From: Clostridia bacterium
GTDB lineage: Bacteria > Bacillota > Clostridia > Christensenellales > Pumilibacteraceae
NCBI GenBank assembly: GCA_022791055.1
Contig: JAAVYI010000022.1
Span: 4,280 to 68,279 of the forward strand
Direction of reading: 5' to 3'
Length of the DNA: 64,000 nucleotides
The notes beneath the pieces were generated by a model, which saw only the letters and a list, made by a program, of their open reading frames with translations, did no database searches and was not told where the DNA came from. This document shows, piece by piece, positions 8,378 through 19,057 of the stretch. A program made the position numbers and the translations under genes. The stretch's first letter is position 1. The number at the start of each line of letters is the position of its first letter.

Positions 8378-10349
8378 GCTCGCCGTTCGCAACGTCAAAC
8401 GGCAAATGGGCAGTTATTTGATTTATTTCGTGACGGTTGCCGTTACCGTCGCGTTGATGTTCTCCGTCAACAACGTTCTGTTCTCCGACATTGTTTTGGC
8501 GCGGGTGCGCGACACCGGCGCGTTGCAGGTGGGGTTGGGCTTTGCGACCGCCGTCGTGTCGCTCATCGTCGCGTTCGTCATCAGCTATGCCGGTTCGTAT
8601 ATGCTCAAACTGCGCAAGCGCGAGTTCGGTACGTACATGACGCTGGGCCTGAGCCGCGGCGACGTGCTCAAGCTGTTCGGACTGGAAACGCTGTGCATCG
8701 GCCTCATATCGCTGTGTGTCGGCATCGTGCTGGGATTGGGCTTGTTCCAGGCGTTCATGCTGTTTGTGCGCAAGATCATGGAGCTGGACGCCGGGTTGAC
8801 CGGCTATTCCTGGCGGGCGTTTGCGCTGACGGCCGGCATTGTTCTCATGATGTTCGCCGTCTCGTCGGTCGGATCGGCAATGTACTTAAAACGCGTCAAG
8901 ATCTACGACCTTTTGCATTCGTCGCGCTATGTCGACAAGCGGCGCGCGCGGCCGGTGTTGTGGGGTGTGATCGCCGCACTGTCTTTGGGCGTCGTGATCG
9001 CTTGCATAGTCGGATTTTTACCGATCATCCGATGGATGCGCAACGGCGATGACATGATGTTGGCGTCCTATATTACATTGCTCGATATTGTCGCGCTGAT
9101 CGCCGCCGTATTCCTCTTCTCGATCGCGCTTGCCAAAAGCGTGACCGGGTTGCTGCTCAAAAGCCGCCGATTTAAGGCAAAAGGCACAAATACCTTTGTT
9201 TTGCGGCAGTTGACGGCCAAACTCAACACCAATGCGGTGCTGTTCGGGGTGCTGGCCGTGCTGATGACCTGCGCCGTGATTGCCTCCAACTTTTCGTTTA
9301 CCTTAAAGGCCAGCGAGGAAGCGCATATTCAAAAAAGTTATCCGTTCTCGGCGGCGGCTTGTTGGCGGCGCGACGATCCGCCCGCGATCGGACTCGAGCA
9401 AGCCGAAGAAGCGTTTGTCCGCTATGCCGGCGACATAGGCGCGCGGACAACGGTCGAATTGTACGAGAGCGACGACAGTACGATATACGAACACAGCGCT
9501 TATGCGCGATACGGCCCCGAGGCGCAGGATGCCGATCGGCTGATCCGATTGAGCGACTACAACCGCTTGCGGACGATGCTGGGGCGCGATCCGGTGGAAA
9601 CGGACGGCTATCTCGTACTCGACATGTATACCGGTTACGGTAATAACATCGAGCGATTTAAAGACGTGCAGCTTGACTTAGGTGGGCAGACGTTGCGCTG
9701 TCGCGGCGTGTATGAAGAGGATGTAGGGCTGGGTAGCGCGGTCGACGAGTTTCTCGTGACCGTTGTGCCCGATGCGGCGCTCGAAGGCCGACCGGCGTTT
9801 GCCGACTTTTACTGTTGGCAGTTTGCAAGCGAGACATTCGACGGCATGGCGTTGTACGACGAATTGCTCGAGCCGCACAGCTATCCGAACGGCCTTACGT
9901 ATATGCACACCGTCTATAGCGTGCGCCGCGCAATGTGGGCGCGCAGCATTGCCAATTCGGCGGTGTGGATCGTCGCCGCCGTGTATATTGCGATCGTATT
10001 CGTGTTTGTATCCATGGCTGTCCTGGCGCTCAAAAGCCTGAGCGATATTGCCGAAAACCGCAAGCGCTACCGCACACTGTTTCAGTTGGGATTGGGTGCG
10101 GCCGGACAAAATGCGGCGCTGTTTCAAGAGATTTTCACCTTCTTTATTCTGCCGTTCCTGCTGCCCATATGCCTGAGCGTGCCGACCGTCCTAATCTGCG
10201 CCGCGCTGATGCAAATGATGAGCTTTGCGGCCAATATCATTTATATCAACGGCTTGGTGCTTATCGGCATCTTTGTCGCCGTCTATCTGTTCTATATGCT
10301 GGCCGCCTTTGCCGTCAACCGCAATGCCAGTCTGCGCGGGCAAAGATGA
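8367..10349 (+). CDS. FtsX-family ABC permease, BceB-like (about 10 TM helices with a large extracellular domain).
   Basis: 660 aa with a hydrophobic profile of 4 TM, then a large soluble loop, then further TM helices. Overlaps the ATPase gene by 11 nt. This is the classic BceAB architecture. Confidence 0.8.
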   Translation: MLGKLAVRNVKRQMGSYLIYFVTVAVTVALMFSVNNVLFSDIVLARVRDTGALQVGLGFATAVVSLIVAFVISYAGSYMLKLRKREFGTYMTLGLSRGDVLKLFGLETLCIGLISLCVGIVLGLGLFQAFMLFVRKIMELDAGLTGYSWRAFALTAGIVLMMFAVSSVGSAMYLKRVKIYDLLHSSRYVDKRRARPVLWGVIAALSLGVVIACIVGFLPIIRWMRNGDDMMLASYITLLDIVALIAAVFLFSIALAKSVTGLLLKSRRFKAKGTNTFVLRQLTAKLNTNAVLFGVLAVLMTCAVIASNFSFTLKASEEAHIQKSYPFSAAACWRRDDPPAIGLEQAEEAFVRYAGDIGARTTVELYESDDSTIYEHSAYARYGPEAQDADRLIRLSDYNRLRTMLGRDPVETDGYLVLDMYTGYGNNIERFKDVQLDLGGQTLRCRGVYEEDVGLGSAVDEFLVTVVPDAALEGRPAFADFYCWQFASETFDGMALYDELLEPHSYPNGLTYMHTVYSVRRAMWARSIANSAVWIVAAVYIAIVFVFVSMAVLALKSLSDIAENRKRYRTLFQLGLGAAGQNAALFQEIFTFFILPFLLPICLSVPTVLICAALMQMMSFAANIIYINGLVLIGIFVAVYLFYMLAAFAVNRNASLRGQR

Positions 10350-10503
10350 TGATATATATATAAGGATAGAGGAATTATATATAAGGATTAGAGACAGAAG
10401 AAAGAGATTGCTTGCGCTTCAAGTTCGCCATGACGATAAAAGATGCGTATGCGATTCGAATGGTCATTTCGACAAAAAATTTTCGGGAATCGACGGCAAT
10501 TCG

Positions 10504-10532
10504 CTTGACAAACGGGAGAGATTGTCCTATAA
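10504..10532 (+). promoter_or_regulatory. Consensus sigma-70 promoter (TTGACA-17-TATAAT) for the S10 ribosomal-protein operon.
   Basis: Perfect -35 and -10 hexamers with a 17-nt spacer, about 360 nt upstream of rpsJ. Confidence 0.55.
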
Positions 10533-10537
10533 TGATA

Positions 10538-10565
10538 AGGCTATACTGTGGAGTATGGCCTTTTT
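10538..10565 (+). other. 5'-terminal stem-loop followed by a U-run, immediately downstream of the S10 promoter.
   Basis: GGCTATACT-GTGG-AGTATGGCC followed by TTTTTT. It lies at the predicted transcript 5' end and may be a stabilising hairpin or an attenuator. Confidence 0.35.
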
Positions 10566-10890
10566 TCCCGCCTATGGGTACAAAGCCGTGGAGAAAGACG
10601 TTTCGAAACGGGTTGCGAAAAGGGCGGCGAAGGGCGTTAGGGATGACGCGGAAGGTTACTTTGGGATAAATTTTGCTGTTCTAAAGAGAACTTCTGCCGA
10701 CCGAGTTCCGCACATGCGATGCGGGGCGGGTAGCAAGACACCGATCAGGGAACTGTCCGACAAGGTTGGACAAGCCGCAAAGAGAGGGCGGACTTAAAAA
10801 CGTTTTTGAGTCCCGACATTTTTGCCCAAAATGTTGATACGCCCGAGGCGGTCGTCGCTATCGAAAAGCAAATGGAGGTAAAACGGTAAC

Positions 10891-11199
10891 ATGGCAAGTC
10901 AAAAGATCAGAATCAAGCTGAAGGCCTATGACCACGACCTGATCGACCAGTCTGCGGCGCGCATCGTCGAGACGGCTAAGCGTACGGGCACCAAGGTCAG
11001 CGGACCGATTCCGCTGCCCACGGACAGGGAAGTGGTGACAATCTTACGCGCGGTACACAAATATAAGGACAGCCGCGAGCAGTTTGAGACCAAGACCCAC
11101 AAGCGGCTGATAGACATTTACAACCCTTCGGCAAAAACCGTCGATTCGCTGATGAAACTCGACCTTCCCGCGGGCGTTGATATTCAGATCAAACTTTAA
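10891..11199 (+). CDS. rpsJ: 30S ribosomal protein S10.
   Basis: 102 aa with strong family match ([15 protein letters not shown]...); first gene of the S10 operon. Confidence 0.97.
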   Translation: MASQKIRIKLKAYDHDLIDQSAARIVETAKRTGTKVSGPIPLPTDREVVTILRAVHKYKDSREQFETKTHKRLIDIYNPSAKTVDSLMKLDLPAGVDIQIKL

Positions 11200-11220
11200 G
11201 CGTCTACGGAGGTAAATCTA

Positions 11221-11856
11221 ATGGATAAAGCAATAATAGGAAGAAAGCTCGGTATGACGCAGATTTTCGACGAGACCGGCCTGATGGTGCCGGTGACCGT
11301 CGTCGAAGCCGGGCCGAATACGGTCATCCGTAAAAAGACGAACGAGCGTGACGGCTATGCCGCCGTTTGCGTAGCGTTCGACGATATCAAAGAAAGCAGA
11401 ACGACGAAGCCCCGCATGGGCGAGTTCAAAAAGGCGGGCGTAGCGCCCAAACGCGTTGTGCGCGAGTTCAAGTTCGGCGACTGCGACAAGTACGAAGTGG
11501 GCAAGGACATCACTTGCGACATCTTCAGCGACGGCGACATGGTGGACGTGTCGGGCGTCACCCGCGGCCGCGGCTTTACCGGCGTGATCAAGCGTTGGAA
11601 TCAGCGCCGTTTGAAGATGACCCACGGTACCGGTCCGGTTCACCGCTCGCTCGGCTCGACCGGCGCCAACTCGACGCCCAGCAAGGTCATCAAGGGCTTG
11701 CACATGGCCGGCCAATACGGTCACGAGAACGTCACCATTCAGAATTTGAAGGTGGTCAAGGTCGATAAAGAACGCGGCGTACTGCTCATCCGCGGCGCGG
11801 TCCCCGGACCGAAGGGCGGACTGGTAACGGTCAAAGAGACCGTTAAAAAACACTAA
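11221..11856 (+). CDS. rplC: 50S ribosomal protein L3.
   Basis: 211 aa, family match, operon position. Confidence 0.97.
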   Translation: MDKAIIGRKLGMTQIFDETGLMVPVTVVEAGPNTVIRKKTNERDGYAAVCVAFDDIKESRTTKPRMGEFKKAGVAPKRVVREFKFGDCDKYEVGKDITCDIFSDGDMVDVSGVTRGRGFTGVIKRWNQRRLKMTHGTGPVHRSLGSTGANSTPSKVIKGLHMAGQYGHENVTIQNLKVVKVDKERGVLLIRGAVPGPKGGLVTVKETVKKH

Positions 11857-11870
11857 GCGGAGGAACGAAT

Positions 11871-12497
11871 ATGCCTAGCATAAAGATATACAAGCAAACG
11901 GGCGAGGAAGCGGGAACGCTCAACCTCGACGACAGCGTATTCGGCGTCGAGTACAACGAGTCGCTCATTCATCAGGCTGTGACCGCGCAGCGGAACAACG
12001 CGCGCCAAGGCACCAAATGCACGCTCACCCGTACCGAAGTGCGCGGCGGCGGCATCAAGCCGTGGCGGCAAAAGGGCACCGGCCGGGCGCGTCAAGGCTC
12101 GATCCGTGCGCCCCAGTGGATCAAGGGCGGCGTCGTGTTCGCGCCGAAGCCCCGCGACTTCTCGCAAAAAGTCAATAAGCAAGCGCGTCGCAACGCTCTG
12201 ATCTCGGCGCTTTCCGAAAAAGTGCGCGCCGAACAGTTGGTTGTCGTCGACGAAATCAAGCTGCCGGCGCCCAAGACCAAGGAAATGGCCAAAGTGCTTG
12301 CGGCTCTTAAACTCGACAAGCGCGTATTGTTGGTCGTGACCGACGCCGACGCCGACGTCGTGCGCGCCGCGAACAATCTCGAGAACGTCAAAACCTTGCC
12401 GAGCAGCCAGATCAACGTATACGACGTTGTGGCAAACACCAAATTGTTGGCGACCAAAGCGGCAATCACCAAGATCGAGGAGGCTTACAAAGCATGA
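11871..12497 (+). CDS. rplD: 50S ribosomal protein L4.
   Basis: 208 aa, family match, operon position. Confidence 0.97.
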   Translation: MPSIKIYKQTGEEAGTLNLDDSVFGVEYNESLIHQAVTAQRNNARQGTKCTLTRTEVRGGGIKPWRQKGTGRARQGSIRAPQWIKGGVVFAPKPRDFSQKVNKQARRNALISALSEKVRAEQLVVVDEIKLPAPKTKEMAKVLAALKLDKRVLLVVTDADADVVRAANNLENVKTLPSSQINVYDVVANTKLLATKAAITKIEEAYKA

Positions 12498-12784
12498 ATT
12501 CCTACGACGTAATCATCAGACCGGTTATCACCGAAAAATCGACCGACGGCATTCCGCATAAGAAGTATACGTTCGTCGTCGACCGCCGCGCCGACAAGAC
12601 CGACATCAAAAAAGCGGTCGAAGAGATCTTCGGCGTCAAGGTGGCCAAGGTCAACACGGTCAACGTAAGAGGCAAATATAAGCGCCAGGGCAGAAGCGAG
12701 GGTTACACCGCGCGGTATAAAAAAGCCTACGTGCAGCTCGAAAAGGACAGCAAGGCAATCGAGTTCTTCGAGAGCCTGGCGTAA
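12494..12784 (+). CDS. rplW: 50S ribosomal protein L23.
   Basis: 96 aa, family match, overlaps the rplD stop. Confidence 0.95.
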   Translation: MNSYDVIIRPVITEKSTDGIPHKKYTFVVDRRADKTDIKKAVEEIFGVKVAKVNTVNVRGKYKRQGRSEGYTARYKKAYVQLEKDSKAIEFFESLA

Positions 12785-12795
12785 AAGGAGAGGTT

Positions 12796-13623
12796 ATGGC
12801 TATTAAAAGATTTAAACCGATGACGCCGGGTACGCGGTTCAAAACGGTCAGCACGTTCGACGAGATCACGACCACCCAGCCCGAGCGCTCGTTGCTCGAA
12901 TCCAAGAACAACAAGGGCGGCAGAAACAACAAAGGCCGCATTACCGTCCGTCACATCGGCGGCGGCAATCGTAACAAATACCGTATCATCGACTTCAAGC
13001 GTAACAAGGACGGCATTCCCGCCAAGGTCGCCGAGATCGAATACGATCCCAACCGCACCGCCAATATCGCACTGCTACACTATGTGGACGGCGAAAAGAG
13101 ATACATTCTCGCGCCGCTCGGGCTTCAGAAGGGCGACACGGTCATCTCGGGCGAAGGCGCCGACATCAAAGCGGGCAACGCGTTGCCGCTTTCGGCCATT
13201 CCCGTCGGTACTATGGTACACAACATCGAGTTCCAGCCCGGTCGCGGCGGCCAGATGGTCAGAAGCGCGGGCGCGGCGGCACAGCTGATGGCAAGAGAAG
13301 GCAAGTACGCAACGCTTAGACTGCCGTCGGGCGAAATGCGTATGGTGCCGGTCGCTTGCAAAGCGACGATCGGCCAGGTCGGCAACCTCGACCACGAGCT
13401 TGTATCGGTCGGTAAAGCGGGACGCAAACGCCATATGGGCATTCGTCCGACCGTCCGCGGCGTCGTCATGAACCCGTGCGATCACCCGCACGGCGGCGGC
13501 GAGGGCAAGTCTCCGGTCGGCCGGCCGTCCCCGGTCACGCCTTGGGGCAAGCCGACGCTCGGTTACAAGACCCGCAAGAAGAACAAGAACAGCGACAAGT
13601 TCATTGTCAAGCGTATCAATTAG
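12796..13623 (+). CDS. rplB: 50S ribosomal protein L2.
   Basis: 275 aa, conserved motifs, operon position. Confidence 0.97.
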   Translation: MAIKRFKPMTPGTRFKTVSTFDEITTTQPERSLLESKNNKGGRNNKGRITVRHIGGGNRNKYRIIDFKRNKDGIPAKVAEIEYDPNRTANIALLHYVDGEKRYILAPLGLQKGDTVISGEGADIKAGNALPLSAIPVGTMVHNIEFQPGRGGQMVRSAGAAAQLMAREGKYATLRLPSGEMRMVPVACKATIGQVGNLDHELVSVGKAGRKRHMGIRPTVRGVVMNPCDHPHGGGEGKSPVGRPSPVTPWGKPTLGYKTRKKNKNSDKFIVKRIN

Positions 13624-13636
13624 AGGTATATAGGAT

Positions 13637-13915
13637 ATGTCGAGAAGCTTAAAGAAACAGCCTTACGTCGAAGAAAGGCTTTACCAGAGAGTCAAAGCGC
13701 AGATGGACACCAACGACAAGAAGGTCATCAAAACCTGGTCGCGGGCGTCGACGATATACCCCGAGTTTGTCGGACAGACCATTGCCGTACACGACGGACG
13801 CAAGCACGTTCCCGTATATTGCACCGAGGAAATGGTCGGACACAAGTTGGGCGAGTTTGCCCCTACGCGCACCTTTAAGGGACACGCGGGCGAAAAGACG
13901 ACCAAAGGGAAATAG
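13637..13915 (+). CDS. rpsS: 30S ribosomal protein S19.
   Basis: 92 aa, family match. Confidence 0.97.
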   Translation: MSRSLKKQPYVEERLYQRVKAQMDTNDKKVIKTWSRASTIYPEFVGQTIAVHDGRKHVPVYCTEEMVGHKLGEFAPTRTFKGHAGEKTTKGK

Positions 13916-13925
13916 GAGTTAGGAT

Positions 13926-14321
13926 ATGGCTAAGAGAATGAAAGAGAAAACCGAAGCGCGCAAGGCCGCAAAAGATCCGCGTCCTACCGCTAAGGTCAAA
14001 TATGTCCGTATTGCGCCGAGCAAGGTGCGCGTCGTTATCGATACCGTTCGCGGCAAATCGGTCAACGAAGCCATCGCCATGCTCGAAGCTACGCCCAAGG
14101 CAGCCAGCGAAGTCGTTGCGAAGTTGATTCGGTCGGCTACGGCCAACGCCGAGCATAACCAGGACTTGGCGCGCGCCGATCTGTACGTCGCGGAGATCTT
14201 CGCCGACGGCGGCCCGATCCTGAAGCGTATGCAACCCGTCTCCAAAGGACGCGGCTACCGCATCAACAAGCGCACCAGCCACATTACCGTAATCCTCGAC
14301 ACGATGAAGGAGGTCAGATAA
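13926..14321 (+). CDS. rplV: 50S ribosomal protein L22.
   Basis: 131 aa, family match. Confidence 0.95.
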   Translation: MAKRMKEKTEARKAAKDPRPTAKVKYVRIAPSKVRVVIDTVRGKSVNEAIAMLEATPKAASEVVAKLIRSATANAEHNQDLARADLYVAEIFADGGPILKRMQPVSKGRGYRINKRTSHITVILDTMKEVR

Positions 14322-14984
14322 ATGGGTCAGAAAGTTAATCCGAACGGTCTCCGCGTCGGCATCATCAAGGATTGGAATGCGACCTGGTACGCAGGCAAAA
14401 AGGATTTCGGCAAGATGCTCAACGAGGACTACCGGATCCGCGCATTTATCAAAAAGAAGTACTACGCGTTCGGCATCTCCCGCATCGCCATCGAGCGTGC
14501 GCAGGGCCGCGTGATCATCAACATCTACACCTCCAAGCCCGGCATGATCATCGGGCAGAAGGGCGCCGGTATCGAGCAGCTCAAGAAAGAGTTGACCAAG
14601 AACATCGGCTTAAAGACGATGAGCATCAATATCCACGAGGTCAAGCGCCCCGATATGGACGCGACGCTGGTCGCCGAATCGATCGCAGCGCAGCTCGAAA
14701 AACGCGCGTCGTTCCGCCGCACGATGAAGCAGGCGATGGGACGCGTCATGCGCAGCGGCGCCAAGGGTGTCAAAATCATGGTTTCGGGTCGGTTGGACGG
14801 CGCCGAAATCGCGCGGTGCGAACAGTACCACGACGGCTCGATTCCTCTGCAAACATTGCGCGCGGACATCGAGTACGGCTTGGCCGAGGCGCACACGACG
14901 TTCGGTATCATCGGCGTCAAAGTGTGGGTCTATAAGGGCGAAGTTCTGCCCCAGGTCAAGCAGACCGAAGGAGGACAACAATAA
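14322..14984 (+). CDS. rpsC: 30S ribosomal protein S3.
   Basis: 220 aa, KH domain, family match. Confidence 0.97.
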   Translation: MGQKVNPNGLRVGIIKDWNATWYAGKKDFGKMLNEDYRIRAFIKKKYYAFGISRIAIERAQGRVIINIYTSKPGMIIGQKGAGIEQLKKELTKNIGLKTMSINIHEVKRPDMDATLVAESIAAQLEKRASFRRTMKQAMGRVMRSGAKGVKIMVSGRLDGAEIARCEQYHDGSIPLQTLRADIEYGLAEAHTTFGIIGVKVWVYKGEVLPQVKQTEGGQQ

Positions 14985-15439
14985 TGTTAATGCCGAAAAG
15001 AGTCAAAAGACGTCGCGTCCAACGCGGCAGAATGAAGGGTAAAGCCAACAGCGGCAACGTCGTCACCTACGGCGAGTACGGCCTTGTTGCGCTCGATCCG
15101 GGCTGGATCACGTCCAATCAGATCGAGGCCGCACGTATCGCTATGACCCGTTATATCAAGCGCGGCGGACAGGTTTGGATCTGTATCTTCCCGCACAAAC
15201 CGATTACCAAGAAACCGGCCGAAACCCGCATGGGTTCCGGTAAAGGTTCTCCCGAATACTGGGCAGCCGTGGTCAAACCCGGTCGCGTGATGTTCGAAAT
15301 GGCGGGCGTCAACGAAGAGGTTGCCCGCGAGGCGTTGCGCCTTGCTTCCCACAAGCTGCCGGTCCGTTGCAAGATCGTCAAGAAAGGCGACACCGTGTCT
15401 GCGGACGCTCCTGAGGTAAAGGAGGAAGTCAATGAATAA
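14984..15439 (+). CDS. rplP: 50S ribosomal protein L16.
   Basis: 151 aa, [20 protein letters not shown]-terminus. Confidence 0.97.
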   Translation: MLMPKRVKRRRVQRGRMKGKANSGNVVTYGEYGLVALDPGWITSNQIEAARIAMTRYIKRGGQVWICIFPHKPITKKPAETRMGSGKGSPEYWAAVVKPGRVMFEMAGVNEEVAREALRLASHKLPVRCKIVKKGDTVSADAPEVKEEVNE

Positions 15440-15632
15440 GATTCATGAACTGAAAGACGAAGAACTGACCACCAAGCTAACCGAACTCAAACAAGAGTTG
15501 TTCAATCTCCGTTTTTCGCATGCTACCGGGCAGTTGAACAACCCGATGCAAATGGTTAAGGTCAAGCGCGAGATCGCCCGCATCAAGACCGTTCTGCGCG
15601 AGCGCGAGCTGAAGGCCGCCAAGAAGGCTTAA
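15432..15632 (+). CDS. rpmC: 50S ribosomal protein L29.
   Basis: 66 aa, family match, overlaps the rplP end. Confidence 0.93.
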   Translation: MNKIHELKDEELTTKLTELKQELFNLRFSHATGQLNNPMQMVKVKREIARIKTVLRERELKAAKKA

Positions 15633-15643
15633 AGGAGACCGTT

Positions 15644-15904
15644 ATGGCTGAAGAGAGAAATAACAGAAAGGTACGCGAAGGCGTCGTTGTGTCCGACAAA
15701 ATGGACAAGACCGTTGTGGTCGCCATCAAGGACAAGGCCAAGCACCCGCTGTATAAAAAGACCATCAATAAGACCAAAAAGCTCAAGGTGCATGACGAAA
15801 ACAATGAATGCGGTATCGGCGATACCGTCGAGATCGTCGAGACCCGTCCGCTTTCCAAGGATAAGCACTTCCGTTTGAGCAGAATCATCGAGAAAGCGAA
15901 ATAA
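15644..15904 (+). CDS. rpsQ: 30S ribosomal protein S17.
   Basis: 86 aa, family match. Confidence 0.95.
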   Translation: MAEERNNRKVREGVVVSDKMDKTVVVAIKDKAKHPLYKKTINKTKKLKVHDENNECGIGDTVEIVETRPLSKDKHFRLSRIIEKAK

Positions 15905-15963
15905 CAGAGCGGAGGAGAGGTTAAGCGTTTCGGCTTAAAACCGCCTTCGATAAGGAGTAAAAC

Positions 15964-16332
15964 ATGATACAACCGCAGTCATATTTGAAGGCCGCCGACA
16001 ACAGCGGCGCCAAAGAAATAATGTGTATTCGCGTGCTGGGCGGCTCGTTCCGCAGAAGCGGTAACATCGGCGACGTCATCATCGCGTCGGTCAAGAGCGC
16101 CAACCCGGGCGGCGCGGTCAAAAAAGGCGACGTCGTTATGGCCGTTATCGTTCGCACGCACCAGGGCATCAACCGTCCCGACGGCTCGCATATCCGTTTC
16201 GACGACAACGCGGCAGTCATTATCGACTCGCAGAAACAGCCGCGCGGAACGCGTATCTTTGGACCGATCGCCCGCGAATTGCGCGATAAGGATTATATGA
16301 AGATTATATCCTTGGCACCCGAAGTGCTGTAA
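15964..16332 (+). CDS. rplN: 50S ribosomal protein L14.
   Basis: 122 aa, family match. Confidence 0.97.
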   Translation: MIQPQSYLKAADNSGAKEIMCIRVLGGSFRRSGNIGDVIIASVKSANPGGAVKKGDVVMAVIVRTHQGINRPDGSHIRFDDNAAVIIDSQKQPRGTRIFGPIARELRDKDYMKIISLAPEVL

Positions 16333-16344
16333 GGGAGGACGAGC

Positions 16345-16896
16345 ATGAAGTTAAACGTAAAAACCGGCGACACCGTTTTGGTCATCGCGGGCAAGGATAA
16401 AGGAGCCAAAGGCAAGGTCATCGAGACCGTTCCCGCAACCGGCCGCGTCAAAGTGGAAAACGTCAATATTGTCACTTTACACAAAAAGCCGCGTTCGGCG
16501 CAAGTCCCCGGCGGCAAGTTCAAGCAACCGGCGGCGATCGACGTGTCCAACGTACAGGTCATCTGCCCGTCCTGCGACAAGGCGACCCGCGTGCGCCACG
16601 CCGATATAGACGGCAAGCACGTGCGCACTTGCTGTAAGTGCGGCGCCTCGCTCGACAACACGGCCAAGATCGACAAGAAAAAGGCCAAGAAAGCTGCCGA
16701 CGCCAAGCCTGTTAAGTCCAAGAAAAAGGACGAGAAGAAAGACGACGTAAAGGCGGAGCCGGAGGAAAAGAAGACCAAAAAGACGGCAAAGGCAGAGACC
16801 GAAGAGGCGAAGCCCGTCAAGAAAACGACCAAGAAAGCGCCGGCCAAAGCGAAAACGCAAGCCGAAGCGCCGGCCGAAACGACCGAGCAGGCGTAA
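16345..16896 (+). CDS. rplX: 50S ribosomal protein L24, unusually long (183 aa) with a putative zinc-ribbon substitution and a Lys/Ala/Glu-rich C-terminal tail.
   Basis: The N-terminal about 105 aa match the L24 KOW fold. CPSC...CCKCG replaces the usual non-Cys segment. The 75-aa tail reads KKKAKKAADAKPVKSKKKDEKKDD... Confidence 0.9.
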   Translation: MKLNVKTGDTVLVIAGKDKGAKGKVIETVPATGRVKVENVNIVTLHKKPRSAQVPGGKFKQPAAIDVSNVQVICPSCDKATRVRHADIDGKHVRTCCKCGASLDNTAKIDKKKAKKAADAKPVKSKKKDEKKDDVKAEPEEKKTKKTAKAETEEAKPVKKTTKKAPAKAKTQAEAPAETTEQA

Positions 16897-16912
16897 GGCT
16901 TAGGAGGAGACA

Positions 16913-17506
16913 ATGGCTGAAAAGAAGAATCAGGTTGCTAAAGCAGCTGCAACCGATACGAACGGCAGATACAGATTAAAGGCCAAGTATGTGAACGAGA
17001 TCGTTCCCGCTTTGATCAAGGAAAAGGGATACACCAACGTGCATCAGGTTCCCAAGCTGGAAAAGATCATTCTCAATATGCGCCTCGGCGACATCAAGGA
17101 CAACGCCAAGTCGGTGCAACTTGCGCAAGCCGAACTGGAAGCGATCGCCGGACAGAAAGCGATCGTTACCCGCGCCAAGAAATCGGTCGCAAACTTCAAG
17201 TTGCGCGAGGGACAGGTGATCGGCGTTAAGGTCACGCTGCGCGGCGACCGCATGTACGAGTTCCTCGACCGTCTGATTTCGATCGCGTTGCCGCGCGTGC
17301 GCGACTTCCGCGGTATTTCGGGAAAATCGTTCGACGGCAGAGGCAACTACGCGATGGGCGTTAAAGAGCAGATCATTTTCCCCGAGATCGCATACGAAAC
17401 GGTGGAAAAGGTCAGAGGATTCGACGTCTGCGTCGTCACCTCGGCGCCCAACGACGACGAGGCCAAGGCACTTCTTGTTAAGTTTGGAATGCCTTTCAAA
17501 AACTGA
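16913..17506 (+). CDS. rplE: 50S ribosomal protein L5 (with about 17-aa N-terminal extension).
   Basis: 197 aa, family match from [16 protein letters not shown] onward; RBS AGGAGGAG. Confidence 0.95.
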   Translation: MAEKKNQVAKAAATDTNGRYRLKAKYVNEIVPALIKEKGYTNVHQVPKLEKIILNMRLGDIKDNAKSVQLAQAELEAIAGQKAIVTRAKKSVANFKLREGQVIGVKVTLRGDRMYEFLDRLISIALPRVRDFRGISGKSFDGRGNYAMGVKEQIIFPEIAYETVEKVRGFDVCVVTSAPNDDEAKALLVKFGMPFKN

Positions 17507-17528
17507 CAGGGTATAAGGAGAAAAATCA

Positions 17529-17714
17529 ATGGCTAAGAAAGCAATGATCAACAAGCAGCAGCGTCCTGCCAAGTACTCGACGCGCGCGTATACGCGTTGC
17601 AGCATTTGCGGCAGACCGCATTCGGTTCTGCGCAAGTACGGTATTTGCAGAATTTGCTTCCGCGAGCTTGCCTACAAAGGCGAGATCCCGGGCGTGAAGA
17701 AGTCGAGCTGGTAA
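17529..17714 (+). CDS. rpsZ: 30S ribosomal protein S14 type Z (zinc-binding).
   Basis: 61 aa with [23 protein letters not shown] (CxxC...CxxC). Confidence 0.95.
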   Translation: MAKKAMINKQQRPAKYSTRAYTRCSICGRPHSVLRKYGICRICFRELAYKGEIPGVKKSSW

Positions 17715-17723
17715 GGAGGACGT

Positions 17724-18122
17724 ATGGTAGTTACAGATCCCATTGCAGATTTATTGACAAGAATCAGAAACGCGCTGACCGCGCGTCACGATACGGTGAC
17801 CGTTCCTACATCGAAGATGAAAAAAGCGATCGCCGATATTCTCGTCGAAGAAGGTTTCATCAAGAGCGCGGAGATCAAAGAGGTTGACGGGCATTCGGTG
17901 ATCGTCATCGCGCTTAAGTACGGCGCTAAGTACGAACGCGTCATCACCAATTTAAAGCGTATTTCCAAGCCCGGCTTGCGCGTTTACTGCGCGGCGCAGG
18001 ATCTCCCCAAGGTTTTGGGCGGCTTAGGCATCGCCATCATTTCCACCTCGAAGGGCGTGATGACCGATAAAAAGGCGCGTTCCCTCAACGTCGGCGGCGA
18101 AGTGCTGGCGTACGTATGGTAG
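17724..18122 (+). CDS. rpsH: 30S ribosomal protein S8.
   Basis: 132 aa, family match. Confidence 0.97.
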   Translation: MVVTDPIADLLTRIRNALTARHDTVTVPTSKMKKAIADILVEEGFIKSAEIKEVDGHSVIVIALKYGAKYERVITNLKRISKPGLRVYCAAQDLPKVLGGLGIAIISTSKGVMTDKKARSLNVGGEVLAYVW

Positions 18123-18132
18123 GAGGTCGGAT

Positions 18133-18675
18133 ATGTCGAGAATAGGAAGATTGCATATAGACGTGCCCGCGGGCGTCAACGTTGCGTTCAAAGACAGCGT
18201 AGTGACGGTCAAAGGCCCCAAAGGCGAGCTGTCGCGCAAGATCGACGATAAGAAGATCAACGTCGAATTGAACGGAAACGTTCTGAGCGTAACGCGCGCG
18301 GACGACCTGAAAGACACCAAAGCCAAGCACGGCCTGTACAGACAGCTTATTGCCAACATGGTCAAAGGCGTTGTCGAGCCGTTCACCAAGACGCTGATCA
18401 TCGTCGGCGTCGGTTACAAGGCGTCGGTTGCCGGTAACAAGCTGACGATGAACATCGGGTTCTCGCACCCCGTCGAATGCACGGCGCCCGCCGGTATCAC
18501 GCTGGCCTGCCCGGACGCGACGACGGTGACCGTGACCGGTATCGACAAAGAGTTGGTCGGACAAACGGCCGCCAACATTCGCGCCAAGCGTCCGGTCGAG
18601 CCGTATCACAACTACGGGTTGCATTACAGCGACGAAGTCCTCATTCATAAAGAGGGCAAGACCGCAGGTAAGTAG
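18133..18675 (+). CDS. rplF: 50S ribosomal protein L6.
   Basis: 180 aa, family match. Confidence 0.97.
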   Translation: MSRIGRLHIDVPAGVNVAFKDSVVTVKGPKGELSRKIDDKKINVELNGNVLSVTRADDLKDTKAKHGLYRQLIANMVKGVVEPFTKTLIIVGVGYKASVAGNKLTMNIGFSHPVECTAPAGITLACPDATTVTVTGIDKELVGQTAANIRAKRPVEPYHNYGLHYSDEVLIHKEGKTAGK

Positions 18676-18686
18676 GAGAGGATAGT

Positions 18687-19049
18687 ATGATTAAGAAAGA
18701 AAACAAAAACGAAATCAGACGCAAGCGTCATGCGCGCATCCGCTCCACCATTTCCGGCACGGCAGATCGGCCGAGAATGGACGTTTACAGAAGCACTTCT
18801 CACATTTACGTGCAGATCATCGACGACGTCAAGGGCGTGACGCTGGTTTCCAGCTCGACCATGGCCAAGGGCGTCGACGTCAAAGGCAAGACCAAGACCG
18901 AGGCCGCCAAAGTCGTCGGCGCGGACGTCGCGCAAAAGGCGCTCAAGGCCGGCATTTCGGAGGTCGTGTTCGACCGCGGCGGCTATCTGTACACCGGGCG
19001 TGTGCAAGCGCTCGCCGATGCGGCCCGCGAAGCGGGACTTAAGTTCTAG
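18687..19049 (+). CDS. rplR: 50S ribosomal protein L18.
   Basis: 120 aa, family match. Confidence 0.95.
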   Translation: MIKKENKNEIRRKRHARIRSTISGTADRPRMDVYRSTSHIYVQIIDDVKGVTLVSSSTMAKGVDVKGKTKTEAAKVVGADVAQKALKAGISEVVFDRGGYLYTGRVQALADAAREAGLKF

Positions 19050-19057
19050 GAGGAAGT

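Noticed and set aside
10225-10797. 190-aa ORF spanning the end of the permease gene and the rpsJ leader.
   Set aside because: It overlaps the BceB-like gene, crosses the promoter and hairpin, has no RBS, and has an odd composition. It is treated as noncoding leader.
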